Assembly (NCBI GenBank): GCA_963742415.1
Contig: CAVULX010000003.1
Span: 374,616 to 438,615, forward strand
Origin: an uncultured Parachlamydiaceae bacterium
Lineage (GTDB): Bacteria > Chlamydiota > Chlamydiia > Chlamydiales > Parachlamydiaceae
DNA length: 64,000 bases
Direction: 5' to 3'
Shown here: positions 1 through 10,315 of the stretch, in pieces
Numbering within the stretch: the stretch's first letter is position 1
Layout: each line of letters opens with the position of its first letter
Program-made: the position numbers and the translations under genes
The notes under the pieces: model-generated
Seen by the model: only the letters and a program-made list of their open reading frames with translations
Databases searched by the model: none
Told to the model about the DNA's origin: nothing

Positions 1-401
1 ATTAAGCCAATACCCATGGCTAGGCAGGGCCATAAGAGGTCGATATAACTACATTGCCGCTGTTTCCAATTTCCATAAAAAGCTATGGAGATTGGACTCA
101 TCCCTAAGATTAAGGCGGCAATAGCGGGATTAGCATACCGCATGGATATTACAATTGCTGGATAACACCCTACATTGGCCAGAAATCCAAATAAAAACGC
201 CTGTTTCCAATGTTTTTTCTTCAACTTAAACAAAGCTTGACGACGAAAGAAAAGCATATAAAAGACGGAAACAATTCCATAGCAAACATACCGCCCTAAA
301 GAAACTTCGAGCGGATTAAAGGCCGGCATAAACCCGGGGATGACATAGATTAATCCCCAGATAAAACAAGCCGCAATAACGATGGCTACCCCTCTAAACA
401 C
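1..401 (-). CDS. EamA/DMT-family permease, 5' part only (gene runs off the left edge of the window)
   Basis: Own minus-strand translation from GTG at 399-401 gives VFRGVAIVIAACFIWGLIYVIPGFMPAFNPLEVSLGRYVCYGIVSVFYML...MRYANPAIAALILGMSPISIAFYGNW. It has several hydrophobic helices in an EamA-like pattern. It is not in the ORF track because it is truncated. Confidence 0.55.
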   Translation of the reverse strand, partial: MFRGVAIVIAACFIWGLIYVIPGFMPAFNPLEVSLGRYVCYGIVSVFYMLFFRRQALFKLKKKHWKQAFLFGFLANVGCYPAIVISMRYANPAIAALILGMSPISIAFYGNWKQRQCSYIDLLWPCLAMGIGL

Positions 402-488
402 TTATTTCCTTTCTTTATTTAATTAAATTAATAATTATTGTAATTTCAAATTGATTAGAAGTCAATTAATTAAGAACAAGGAAATATA

Positions 489-1563
489 TATGCTAACTAC
501 GAGCGCTATTCAGGAACATCTGGGCGAGGAAGCTGAGGAACTTCTTAGTTACACATGCAAAGACATTTCTAAAGATCAGTTATATCTGCCTGGTCCGGAT
601 TGGTTGGATCGGATCTTAACTTTTTCCGACCGCAATATCCGCGTCATTAGAAACCTACAAGCCTTATTTAGCCATGGACGTCTAGGAGGAACTGGGTATC
701 TTTCAATCCTTCCGGTCGATCAAGGCATTGAACACTCAGCGGGGGCCTCATTTGCTCCAAATCCAATGTACTTTGACCCTGAAAACATCGTCAAACTAGC
801 CCTTGAAGCAGGCTGCAACGGTGTCGCTTCCACATTGGGCGTTCTAGGAAATGTCGCTCGCAAGTATAGCCATAAGATCCCATTCATCTTAAAAATTAAC
901 CACAATGAACTCCTTTCTTATCCCAACCATTTCGATCAAATCCTTTTCGCTGATGTGCAACAAGCCTATGATATGGGAGCGGCAGCTGTAGGAGCCACGA
1001 TCTACTTTGGTTCTCCGGAAAGCGATCGGCAAATCCAAGAGATCTCCCATGCTTTTCATGTTGCCCACGATTTAGGGATGGCGACAATTCTGTGGTGTTA
1101 CCTGAGAAATCCTGCTTTTAAGGTAGATAATGTGGATTATCATGAAAGCGCTGACCTGACAGGACAAGCCAACCACTTAGGAGCTACCATTGGAGCCGAT
1201 ATTGTGAAGCAAAAGCTTCCAGTCAACAATGGAGGGTACAAAGCTTTGAATAAAGAGAAAAAAGGGTATGGGAAGTATAGCGACCTAATGTACACAAAAT
1301 TGTGTACAGATAATCCTATCGATCTTTGCCGTTATCAAGTTTTGAATGGTTACAATGGGCGGGTAGGGTTAATCAATTCCGGCGGCGCTTCAGGCAAAAA
1401 CGACCTCGCTGATGCCATTAAAACTGCTGTCATCAATAAAAGAGCCGGCGGCATGGGGTTGATTAGCGGACGAAAAACCTTTCAACGCCCTATGAAAGAA
1501 GGGATTGAATTATTCCATGCCATCCAAGATGTCTATCTGAATAAAGCAATCACGGTTGCTTAA
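489..1563 (+). CDS. dhnA: Class I fructose-bisphosphate aldolase (DhnA/archaeal-type, as found in chlamydiae)
   Basis: The ORF 451-1563 contains [50 protein letters not shown] and KINHNE, which are typical of DhnA-type class I FBA. I prefer the ATG at 489 ([11 protein letters not shown]) over the TTG at 451. Confidence 0.85.
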
Positions 1564-1572
1564 AGAGAATTT

Positions 1573-2880
1573 TTAAAACTGTTTTCCCTCTTCAGAATAC
1601 TCTGGAATCAGATATTTTTGCCGGAGGATTTTGAATTCCTCCCTTTCCTTTTGATGCAGGGTTCTGAGAGGCCAAACAATGTGGGGAGTATCTTTGATAA
1701 TCTGGTAAACTTCATCCGTTCCATTGACCTTGGAAAAGATCTCCCGCTTGTTTGCCGCTGCCAATAAAGCCTGTTTGAATTCTTTGGGATAAAGGCTTTT
1801 GAGAATCCCTATCATCATGTATTGAGTTGTAACAGGAAGATAGACTTTTGGATTTGTGATGACAATCAAAACCCCATGGCAATCTTCCTGGGCAAATTTT
1901 CCATAAAAAGGGCGGTAATGAAATGGTTCGAAGTGCACACCTGGATATTTCTGCTTGTTCAGCATAGCTGCGAATTTTTCGGCATCGATCCACGGGGCGC
2001 CCACAAGCTTGAATGGGAGGGTGTAGCCAACCCCTATGTTGACCAGGGTCAGCTCCCCAAAAAACCCTGTGGAGGGGTAAAATAGGGCTGTATTAGCCTC
2101 AGGAATGTTCGGGCTGGGGGGGATCCAAGCCAAACCCGTATCATGAAAACCCATGCGCCTGACCCATCCTTGCATCGGGACAACCGTCAGCTTGCAACCT
2201 ACTTTATATTCTCCGTTAAAAAATTGAGCCAATTCACCGACTGTCATCCCATGGCAATAAGGCACATTGATATACCCTAAGAAAGACCTCCACTCCTCTT
2301 TAAGCATAGGTCCGTCGATCGTAAACCCATTGATCGGATTTGGCCGGTCGAGAACGACAACAGGGATATTTCTCTTAGCGGCTTCCTCCATGACATAAAA
2401 TAATGTGGTCACATAGGTGTAGGCCCTTGAGCCGATGTCTTGAATATCATAAATCAGCAAATCGACATTTTTGAGCATCTCATCCGTCGGCCGCTTTGTT
2501 TGCCCATGCAAGCTATAGATAGGGATCCCATCGGCATGGATTTGGTCCGGCACCTCTTTGGCAGCATAGAGATCCCCCTTGATTCCATGTTCCGGAGCAA
2601 AAAGGGCCACGATTTTATATCCTTTTCCCGTTGCATTTTTTTTGAGAATTTCGATGGTCGATCTCATGTCGCTTGTAACCGCAGTTTGATTGGTGACTAA
2701 GCCAATTTTTTTTCCACGGAGCAAAGGAGCGTATTCCTCTGTGAATAATTGTTCGCTCCCTACTTTTACTTTGAAGGCTCCCGCCTGGAGGGACGTTGAG
2801 CTTATAAAATAAAAAAAAATTAAAAATTGAATAAAAAATTGAAATTCGGAGTGTCTATTTCTCAAAATTGCGTTATTCAT
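1573..2880 (-). CDS. DUF1343 / NamZ-like exo-beta-N-acetylmuramidase family protein, secreted
   Basis: 435 aa with an N-terminal hydrophobic signal-like segment (FFIQFLIFFYFISSTSLQAG). DUF1343 hallmarks are present: LVTNQTAV, FAPEHGI, DIQDIGSRAYTY, VLDRPNP. Confidence 0.8.
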   Translation of the reverse strand: MNNAILRNRHSEFQFFIQFLIFFYFISSTSLQAGAFKVKVGSEQLFTEEYAPLLRGKKIGLVTNQTAVTSDMRSTIEILKKNATGKGYKIVALFAPEHGIKGDLYAAKEVPDQIHADGIPIYSLHGQTKRPTDEMLKNVDLLIYDIQDIGSRAYTYVTTLFYVMEEAAKRNIPVVVLDRPNPINGFTIDGPMLKEEWRSFLGYINVPYCHGMTVGELAQFFNGEYKVGCKLTVVPMQGWVRRMGFHDTGLAWIPPSPNIPEANTALFYPSTGFFGELTLVNIGVGYTLPFKLVGAPWIDAEKFAAMLNKQKYPGVHFEPFHYRPFYGKFAQEDCHGVLIVITNPKVYLPVTTQYMMIGILKSLYPKEFKQALLAAANKREIFSKVNGTDEVYQIIKDTPHIVWPLRTLHQKEREEFKILRQKYLIPEYSEEGKQF

Positions 2881-3062
2881 AAAAATGGAATTTTTTTATT
2901 TAAACCCCAGAGACACAGGGACTAAGAGAAAGAAAAACGATGTGATTTCACTGTGCCTTTGTGTCTCTGTGGTTTTCCTTGATGTAAATTAGAGAGATGC
3001 AATCTTTTTGTAAAGAATAGTTTATGTTATAAGCTAAAGTTTGGGACAAAGGGAGGATTTAA

Positions 3063-6000
3063 GTGATGACACAAAAAAAATATTGTGAGGAAGCAAAAAT
3101 CCTCGTTGATTCTGTGCGCGGGAAGACTTTATCTCCGGAAGAGAGGTGCCAAACAGCGATTGCACTAGCCGCCTTGATCATGCGAGAGTCGCTTGAAATC
3201 CAAACGCATGCGGAGAGAATTCACCAAAATAAACTCAACCAGCTTATCGGGGACATTAAAGGTAAAGTCTTTACAGCATCTTTTACCGATTGTTGCTTTC
3301 GAAGCCGCAGCTACATCCGCACAGCTGATCAATTGATTTATATTATCAAAAAGTTTGGGATTCCCCCCTTTTTGTCTTGGTACGATAAATTAGCGATGAC
3401 AATTTTTAAAATATTAGGAAAAACCTTAGGGGCTCCTTTCATCCCTTTTATACAAAACCTCATCAGAAAAGAAACTTCGCAGGTCATTTTGTCCACAGAA
3501 ACAGAAAAGCTCTCTAAACACCTCGAAGAACGTCGCTTGGATAATATCACCGTCAACTTAAATGAATTGGGTGAAGCGATTTTAGGGGAAGAGGAAGCTG
3601 AAGAAAAGCTTCGTGTTTATTTAAAAGACCTCTCCAATTCGGAAATAGAATACATTTCGATAAAGATATCCACCCTCTATAGCCAAATTAACCTTACGGC
3701 TCCAAGCGATACCCTTGAAAGGGTGTCAAATCGGTTGCGCCGGTTGTATAGAGCCGCTAGAGAAAACAGTTGTACCAGTGCTTCGGGAGAAAAAAAACAG
3801 AAGTTCGTCAACCTCGACATGGAGGAGTATAAAGATCTCCAATTAACTCTTGATCTATTTAAGCAAGTTCTCAGCGAACCTGAGTTCCATCAACTATCAG
3901 CAGGCATCGTCTTGCAAAGCTATCTTCCCAATTCATACCCCATCCAACAAGATTTAACAGCCTGGGCTTTACAGAGGGTCCAGCAAGGGGGAGCTCCTAT
4001 AAAGATCCGCCTGGTCAAAGGGGCCAATTTAGCCATGGAACAGATCGAAGCTTCCTTACATGGCTGGCCGCAAGCCCCTTTTGCAAATAAGGTCGATGTG
4101 GATGCAAATTTCAAGAAAATGTTGGCTTATGGATCCATCCCTGAACACGCCCGCGCCGTACATTTGGGAATTGGCAGCCATAATCTTTTCGATATTTCCT
4201 ACGCCCTTCTGCTTCGATCTGAGAATCAAATTGAAGACTTTGTGGAATTTGAAATGCTGGAAGGGATGGCTGACCCGATGCGCCGCGCGCTGCAAAAGCT
4301 CGTTGGAAAAATGTTGCTTTATTGCCCGATCGCTTCCCCTGAAGGATTTCAATATGCGGTTGCCTATCTTTCCAGACGTTTGGATGAGAATACGGCTTCC
4401 GATAATTTCCTTCGCTATGCCTTTTCATTGATTCCCGAAAGTGATGAATGGCATAAACAAGCTCTGATTTTCGCAATGTCTTGTGATGAAATGAACAAAG
4501 TAAAAAATGAAATCCGTCGAGTTCAAAACCGTTTTGAAAGTCCGCTTGCTTTAGAAGAGTGCGCACTTTTCGATAATGAACCCGATACGGATTGGTCGCT
4601 GATTCAAAATAATCTTTGGGGAACAGAGATTTTAGAAACATGGAAAAATAGGCAGCACGAGACCATCCCTCTCGTCGTTCAAGGGGAAAATATTTTTAAT
4701 TCTGGTTCTGAAGACATTGGGCGAGATCCCTCTTTTCCTGAAAAAGGCCTATACCGCTACACTTTGGCAACAATCAAGGAGATTGAAAAGGCCATTTCAG
4801 GAGCACAAAAAGCCTTTCAAACCTGGTCTAAAACATCAATAGGGGAACGCTCAAACAAACTGAGAGCCACGGCCCAAGCCTTGCGCTGCAATCGGGCTTC
4901 TTTAATTGGGGCTATGGTCGCCGATGTTGGGAAAACACTATCTGAAGCTGATTCAGAAGTCTCCGAAGCCATCGACTTTGCAGAATACTATAGCCGCAAT
5001 TTAGATGAACTTCAAGGGTTGCAAGATATCCGATGGCATTCCAAAGGGGTTGTCCTCGTTGCTCCACCATGGAATTTTCCGTGCTCTATCCCTGCTGGAG
5101 GTATTTTAGCGGCACTAGCCGCAGGCAACAGCGTCATTTTTAAACCGGCGCCTGAAGCTGTACTGGTTGGCTGGCATCTCGTCCAAGCTTTATGGGAAGC
5201 TGGCATTGGCAAAGATGTTTTGCAGTTTGTGGCTTGTGAAGATGAACCCGTCGGGAGCGCTCTCATCACAGATCCCAGGATCAATTGCATCGTTTTGACT
5301 GGGGGAACAGCCACAGCTCAAGCCTTTATGAAAATGCGTCCCGGATTAGATTTATTAGCCGAAACCGGCGGCAAAAATTCGATGATCGTAACAGCTATGT
5401 CTGATCGGGACCTCGCGATCAAAGATACTGTACAATCTGCCTTCGGCTATGCCGGCCAAAAATGCAGCGCTTGCAGTTTATTGATCTTAGAAAAAGAAGT
5501 TTATGACGATCCTAAATTCATGAAATCCTTGAAAGATGCTGCCGCAAGTTTACATGTGGGAAGTCCATGGGATCCAAACACAAAAATCAACCCTTTAATA
5601 CGCCTGCCAAATCCTGCTCTCGAAAAAAGCATCGGAACTTTGGAAGAGGGGGAATCATGGTTAGTCGAACCAAGGCCAGATCCACGCAATCCTCAATTGT
5701 GGAGCCCTGGAATTAAGCTTGGAGTTAAACAGGGAAACTTCACTTATCAGAACGAGCTTTTTGGTCCTGTATTGGGTGTCATGCGCGCTAACAACTTAGA
5801 GCATGCGGTTCAGCTTGCGAACGGCACCCCCTATGGTTTGACAGCGGGGTTGCATTCACTGGACGAGCGGGAGCATAAGTATTGGATGGAGCGTATTCAA
5901 GCAGGCAATTGTTACATCAACCGAGGCATCACGGGTGCCATTGTGCAGAGGCAGCCTTTTGGAGGGTGCAAAAAAAGCAATTTTGGCCCAGGAGCCAAAG

Positions 6001-6737
6001 CGGGTGGACCGAATTACCTCATGCAATTGATGCGCGCCGAGCAAATAGCCTTGCCTACGGATTTGGAGGCGTTGGCTCCAGACCTGCAAATGTTGAATAG
6101 TTATTTTGAAAAGAGAAATGATAATTCAAAAAATCTGAGCCTCTGGAAGTCTAGTGTGGGAAGCTATGCTTTTTATTGGAAACATTATTTTCAAAAAAAT
6201 CACGATCCTAGCTGTCTTTTGGGGCAAGATAATCTATTTCATTATACCCCTTATGCCCAGCAAACGCTCCGCATTCAAGAGCAAGATCAAAGGATCGATG
6301 TCTTTCGCGCCATTGCCGCTGCAGCTACATGCGGATCTGCTTTAGAAATCAGTTGTTCTCCTGAAAAAATAAAAAATTGGGTCGATGGAGACTGGAGAAC
6401 AAAATTTCCCAAAATCACATTTCAAGCCGAATCGGAAAAACAATTTTGTGAAAGAGTTTCCAAAGGGAAAATATTGAGGATCCGCACCCTTTCCGAGCCT
6501 ACAAATGCCGCAACAAATGTTGCGGCTGAGGCTGGGGTGACTTTGATCCATGCACCCGTCTTTGCCAATGGGCGCTTGGAACTCTTACATTATTTGCGGG
6601 AAGTGTGCTTTAGCATTGACTACCACCGGTATGGCTACTTGGGAATCCGCGAAGGGGAAAAACGGAAACCTCTCCCCGAGCCACACAAAGCTAAACTCTC
6701 TCAAGAATGCGGCCAACTCCAATGCTGCAAGGCTTAA
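3063..6737 (+). CDS. putA: Bifunctional proline dehydrogenase / L-glutamate-gamma-semialdehyde (P5C) dehydrogenase PutA
   Basis: 1224 aa. The N-terminal half resembles a proline dehydrogenase TIM barrel (IRLVKGAN, EFEMLEGM). The C-terminal half is an aldehyde dehydrogenase (VAPPWNFP, ETGGKN, GQKCSA). An RBS AAGGGAGGA lies upstream of the GTG/ATG at 3063/3066. Confidence 0.92.
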   Translation: MMTQKKYCEEAKILVDSVRGKTLSPEERCQTAIALAALIMRESLEIQTHAERIHQNKLNQLIGDIKGKVFTASFTDCCFRSRSYIRTADQLIYIIKKFGIPPFLSWYDKLAMTIFKILGKTLGAPFIPFIQNLIRKETSQVILSTETEKLSKHLEERRLDNITVNLNELGEAILGEEEAEEKLRVYLKDLSNSEIEYISIKISTLYSQINLTAPSDTLERVSNRLRRLYRAARENSCTSASGEKKQKFVNLDMEEYKDLQLTLDLFKQVLSEPEFHQLSAGIVLQSYLPNSYPIQQDLTAWALQRVQQGGAPIKIRLVKGANLAMEQIEASLHGWPQAPFANKVDVDANFKKMLAYGSIPEHARAVHLGIGSHNLFDISYALLLRSENQIEDFVEFEMLEGMADPMRRALQKLVGKMLLYCPIASPEGFQYAVAYLSRRLDENTASDNFLRYAFSLIPESDEWHKQALIFAMSCDEMNKVKNEIRRVQNRFESPLALEECALFDNEPDTDWSLIQNNLWGTEILETWKNRQHETIPLVVQGENIFNSGSEDIGRDPSFPEKGLYRYTLATIKEIEKAISGAQKAFQTWSKTSIGERSNKLRATAQALRCNRASLIGAMVADVGKTLSEADSEVSEAIDFAEYYSRNLDELQGLQDIRWHSKGVVLVAPPWNFPCSIPAGGILAALAAGNSVIFKPAPEAVLVGWHLVQALWEAGIGKDVLQFVACEDEPVGSALITDPRINCIVLTGGTATAQAFMKMRPGLDLLAETGGKNSMIVTAMSDRDLAIKDTVQSAFGYAGQKCSACSLLILEKEVYDDPKFMKSLKDAAASLHVGSPWDPNTKINPLIRLPNPALEKSIGTLEEGESWLVEPRPDPRNPQLWSPGIKLGVKQGNFTYQNELFGPVLGVMRANNLEHAVQLANGTPYGLTAGLHSLDEREHKYWMERIQAGNCYINRGITGAIVQRQPFGGCKKSNFGPGAKAGGPNYLMQLMRAEQIALPTDLEALAPDLQMLNSYFEKRNDNSKNLSLWKSSVGSYAFYWKHYFQKNHDPSCLLGQDNLFHYTPYAQQTLRIQEQDQRIDVFRAIAAAATCGSALEISCSPEKIKNWVDGDWRTKFPKITFQAESEKQFCERVSKGKILRIRTLSEPTNAATNVAAEAGVTLIHAPVFANGRLELLHYLREVCFSIDYHRYGYLGIREGEKRKPLPEPHKAKLSQECGQLQCCKA

Positions 6738-6761
6738 TGTAACTGTCAAATCAAGACGTCC

Positions 6762-8615
6762 TTAGGATTTTGGGAGCTGTGTAGAAGCATTAGATATAGA
6801 CGATGGCTTTTCCCCTATAGGCGAGCGCATTGCTCCCGACTCTCCTTTAAAGAATTTAACGCTGCTTTTCGAAATAGATGATGAAATTGCTTCAGCTGCA
6901 GTTTCAACAGGCATCCTAAACAGATTCCAACCTGCATCAAGCAAACTATCGTTCCGCAGATAGGATTGATATCGTTTCATCATGACCTCTTTAAGCCTCT
7001 CGTTGGTAATCCGCGCTACTATTTCTAAATTGTCTACGTTATTTGTACGAGCAATATTTCTAAGGCTGCCCATTGCTTTCTCCAGGGGCCCTAAAGTTTT
7101 GTCAGTCATATAAATATTTGAGATCCTAACTCTAAGCGCATCATCTTTCACCTCAATCCAGCCTTTCAACTCTCTAAATTGCTTCACATCCCTAAACAAA
7201 TCTGGATTCAGACCCAGATCTTCAGGTAATAAAGGGGTTTGCTCCTTTACTATCCGACTCTTAAAAAAAGGGGATTCTTGGATTGGAAGAGCTTGATTTG
7301 CAGGTTTCAAAATAGTGACGTCATCAGGCTTAATCACAAACTTTTTTGCATCTGCGCGCCGAATTTTTTTTATAGCTTTCTTTTTAGCAACTTTTTTTTC
7401 CTCATATAGGATAGCTTTTAAAGCTGCGCGTGAAATATCTTCAGAAGAAATAGAAGGCTTTATTATTTTGTTAGCAGAATTTTTAATAGTAACAAGATCT
7501 TTTTCGATAACAAAGTTTATCGAATCTTTGACAAGAGGTTTAACAGTATTTTTTGAAGCAACCTGTTCTGCAACGCCACTAGTGCGGGTAATTGCTTGAA
7601 CACTAGCTTGAATGCCTCGGCCTGATGCTTGAATCAAGCGAACAGTTCCAATTGCAACTAGACCTACAGTTGCTCCTACACCTAATTCACCCATTCCTAT
7701 CATCCCATTCTTAACAATACCAGGAATTGTTCCGTACTTTTTTTGTGCATCTTTATCGATATCATCCAATCGCTTTTCCAACCGTGTCATGGCTGCACTT
7801 GCACTCAGCCCACATGCGGGAGTTGCATTTTTCATTGCTTCATTAAACTTAGAATCCTCACCATTGAGTGCACCGCGCATTTTTTTCATGCAACCGTCAT
7901 AATTGCTGGGATCTGCCGTTACACAAGCCTCGCTCAGCGCACTCACAGCAAAACCTTTAACCACAGCGCCGATAACCCCATTTACCACTTTAGAAATCGC
8001 CACGGGCACAACAGCCACTTCACCTATAGCTTTTCCTAAGACCACATTAGGCTCTAAATCGCTGAGTCGTTTCTTTTCATCCTCCGACAACTCCTTTGAA
8101 TGGTGAGCTAAGCAAGGCATAGCACCAAAGGGTGATTCAGGATCCATTGTCGCTTTTACACATCGAGCAAATTTAGTAAATACTTGCGAAAAATCCTTTT
8201 CTGCTTTCGGCTTGGCAAACGCACTAAAATCTGCTCCAATGGCATTTGAAACCTTATCTCTTAAGAGGGAATACTGGTTATCTGTATCCTCTTTGGTTTG
8301 CATATATGAAGCGTGTGAGGTTTCGAATTGATCCTTGATTCGATTGTAGTCTCTTTGCAAATCGGCAAGGATGTCTGCATGGTAGGTATAGGGCTCGGCA
8401 ATGATCCTGTCGATTTTTTTTATCAACCAATCTATTCCATCTATAACTTCAAGCTGAAAGAGCTCTTGAAATGCTGGATCTAAAGAATCTGCCTTTTCAA
8501 GGTAATGTCTTTTTGTCTCGGCAAGTTTGTTTTTTAAAACATTAAACGATTGTTGTGGGCCTGTTGGGTAGCTTAATCCTAAACTATAGGGCTTAACGAC
8601 ATTACCAAAATGCAT
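6762..8615 (-). CDS. Hypothetical protein with two central glycine-rich hydrophobic lobes (membrane-inserting, Inc- or translocator-like topology)
   Basis: A 617-aa ORF with no recognisable catalytic motifs. Hydrophobic segments are AVVPVAISKVVNGVIGAVVKGFAVSAL (about nt 7922-8036) and GMIGMGELGVGATVGLVAIGTV (about nt 7620-7725). No N-terminal Sec signal. It is divergent from the coiled-coil operon. Confidence 0.7.
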   Translation of the reverse strand: MHFGNVVKPYSLGLSYPTGPQQSFNVLKNKLAETKRHYLEKADSLDPAFQELFQLEVIDGIDWLIKKIDRIIAEPYTYHADILADLQRDYNRIKDQFETSHASYMQTKEDTDNQYSLLRDKVSNAIGADFSAFAKPKAEKDFSQVFTKFARCVKATMDPESPFGAMPCLAHHSKELSEDEKKRLSDLEPNVVLGKAIGEVAVVPVAISKVVNGVIGAVVKGFAVSALSEACVTADPSNYDGCMKKMRGALNGEDSKFNEAMKNATPACGLSASAAMTRLEKRLDDIDKDAQKKYGTIPGIVKNGMIGMGELGVGATVGLVAIGTVRLIQASGRGIQASVQAITRTSGVAEQVASKNTVKPLVKDSINFVIEKDLVTIKNSANKIIKPSISSEDISRAALKAILYEEKKVAKKKAIKKIRRADAKKFVIKPDDVTILKPANQALPIQESPFFKSRIVKEQTPLLPEDLGLNPDLFRDVKQFRELKGWIEVKDDALRVRISNIYMTDKTLGPLEKAMGSLRNIARTNNVDNLEIVARITNERLKEVMMKRYQSYLRNDSLLDAGWNLFRMPVETAAEAISSSISKSSVKFFKGESGAMRSPIGEKPSSISNASTQLPKS

Positions 8616-8779
8616 ATAAAATCCTTAGTAAAAAAAAAGAGATTAAATCATCTTACAAAAAAATACAAGGATGACGCCATTTAAAAGTGTGTTGACATTA
8701 ATGGCTACGATCAACAAACTGTCTTGTTATCGGAATGATTTTGAGAACATTTCATTAAAAAATAATCTAATTAAGAGCA

Positions 8780-10315
8780 ATGCACGTAGGATTCAGAAAC
8801 TCCATTGGTACAATTGCGTTAAACAATGCAATAAAAAATGGAAATGAAAGATTAAATAAACTGAAAGAGCAACAGAAACAATTAAACGCTCAAATTTTGT
8901 TTAATTTTGGTAAAGATTACGCCCATTTAGAATATGAAAAAAACAAGTTAATACACGAACACGACCTCTTACAAAAGCGCTTAAAAAATCTTGGGGCTCC
9001 AGATTCAGCTGATCCACAAACTGAAATAGGCGAAACTAAAAAGAACATATTAGTTATATCAGGCAAGATTGACTCCATCTCAAACCAACTCAAACAGATC
9101 AAAGATCATAATAACGCCAATTTTGGTTTTGATAAGCTCAAAGAAGAGAAGGTTTCTCATTCAAAAAGTTCCTTGAACATTGAAACTGACAGCCACGGAG
9201 TTCAAGCACTGAGTAATGCCAAGCAGACTTTAAATCAAAGAAAAATGAAGAAGGAAGAATATGGCGTCTGCCTATCTTATAAACACATATTTGATCTAAG
9301 CCGAAACATTCAATACCAAAAAAACGAAAGAGCTGAACTCATTGCTGGAAATATCATTTTGAAAAATCGAGTCAAAGAGTTTGCAGCAGCTTATGATGCT
9401 AAATTTCAAGCTGACAAAGAGCAAACCCATCAACAAGTTGAAATCGTCATAGGTAAAATTGAGACCTTATTTAATGAATTAAATGGGTTTTTAGATCAAG
9501 AACAAGAGAAAGTTCAGTTTCACTTTAATATCGTAAATGATTGGGAGAACCGCATAGATCATCTTATCGCTTTTGGCAACAAATTTCCCAAAACTTCTTT
9601 CGTTGAACTTTATACAACATCAGGCGCATATCAAGCTGCTGAAGTTGCGAGCCAGAAGATTGCTGAATGGTATAGTTGTTTTCATAAACCCCCATCTTCT
9701 AACTCATCATCAGAGCTTTTCACAGCAACGCAAATAAATGAAGCAAGACCTCAAATAAATGAAGTAAGCCCTCAAAGCCCATTGAAACAACATTCGGATG
9801 CAGAGGGAACCAAAGATCCGATTAAAGAGTTAGCGCAAAAGTGGGAAAAAAAATCGAATGGCATAGAGAACGAAAACCAGAAATTAAAAACATGCCATGC
9901 AATATTTCTAAAGATATTAGATGGGATGGAAAAAGCCTACAAATCAAAACGAAATCTGTTTATCAAAAACATAAAAAAATACTTTATAGATGCCTTTATA
10001 GAAAAAGGGGAAGCGCTAATAAAAGAGCTTGAAGCAAATAACAAAATACTTGCCGACGTTAAAGACAAAGCAGTCATAAGTGATGCAAACAAGAAATATC
10101 TGCAATTTGATCAAAAAAGCAAACCTAAACTGGATCAATTGCTCTCTGATAAAAACAATAAATTGGTACATAACTTCAATAAGTCAGACTGTTTTAAATG
10201 CCAGTCTGTTGGGTATATTAAACAAAATGAACAGATAAAATCTCAGATTAATACCATTCTCTCCCTACTTCATCAGCTTTCTAAAGATTATATTCTACCA
10301 ACCGAAGAAACATGA
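8780..10315 (+). CDS. Hypothetical coiled-coil protein 1 of 5 (orphan operon)
   Basis: 511 aa, K/E/Q/N-rich with heptad-like stretches and no signal peptide. It contains IAEWYSCFHK, a motif shared with genes 2 and 5. Its 3' end overlaps the next start by 4 nt (ATGA). Confidence 0.75.
   Translation: MHVGFRNSIGTIALNNAIKNGNERLNKLKEQQKQLNAQILFNFGKDYAHLEYEKNKLIHEHDLLQKRLKNLGAPDSADPQTEIGETKKNILVISGKIDSISNQLKQIKDHNNANFGFDKLKEEKVSHSKSSLNIETDSHGVQALSNAKQTLNQRKMKKEEYGVCLSYKHIFDLSRNIQYQKNERAELIAGNIILKNRVKEFAAAYDAKFQADKEQTHQQVEIVIGKIETLFNELNGFLDQEQEKVQFHFNIVNDWENRIDHLIAFGNKFPKTSFVELYTTSGAYQAAEVASQKIAEWYSCFHKPPSSNSSSELFTATQINEARPQINEVSPQSPLKQHSDAEGTKDPIKELAQKWEKKSNGIENENQKLKTCHAIFLKILDGMEKAYKSKRNLFIKNIKKYFIDAFIEKGEALIKELEANNKILADVKDKAVISDANKKYLQFDQKSKPKLDQLLSDKNNKLVHNFNKSDCFKCQSVGYIKQNEQIKSQINTILSLLHQLSKDYILPTEET

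Noticed and set aside
4111-4641. A 176-aa minus-strand ORF, and several other 60-125-aa ORFs in the track between 3338 and 6765, overlapping putA.
   Set aside because: They lie entirely within the confidently identified 1224-aa putA reading frame and have no recognisable motifs. This is typical antisense or off-frame shadow behaviour.
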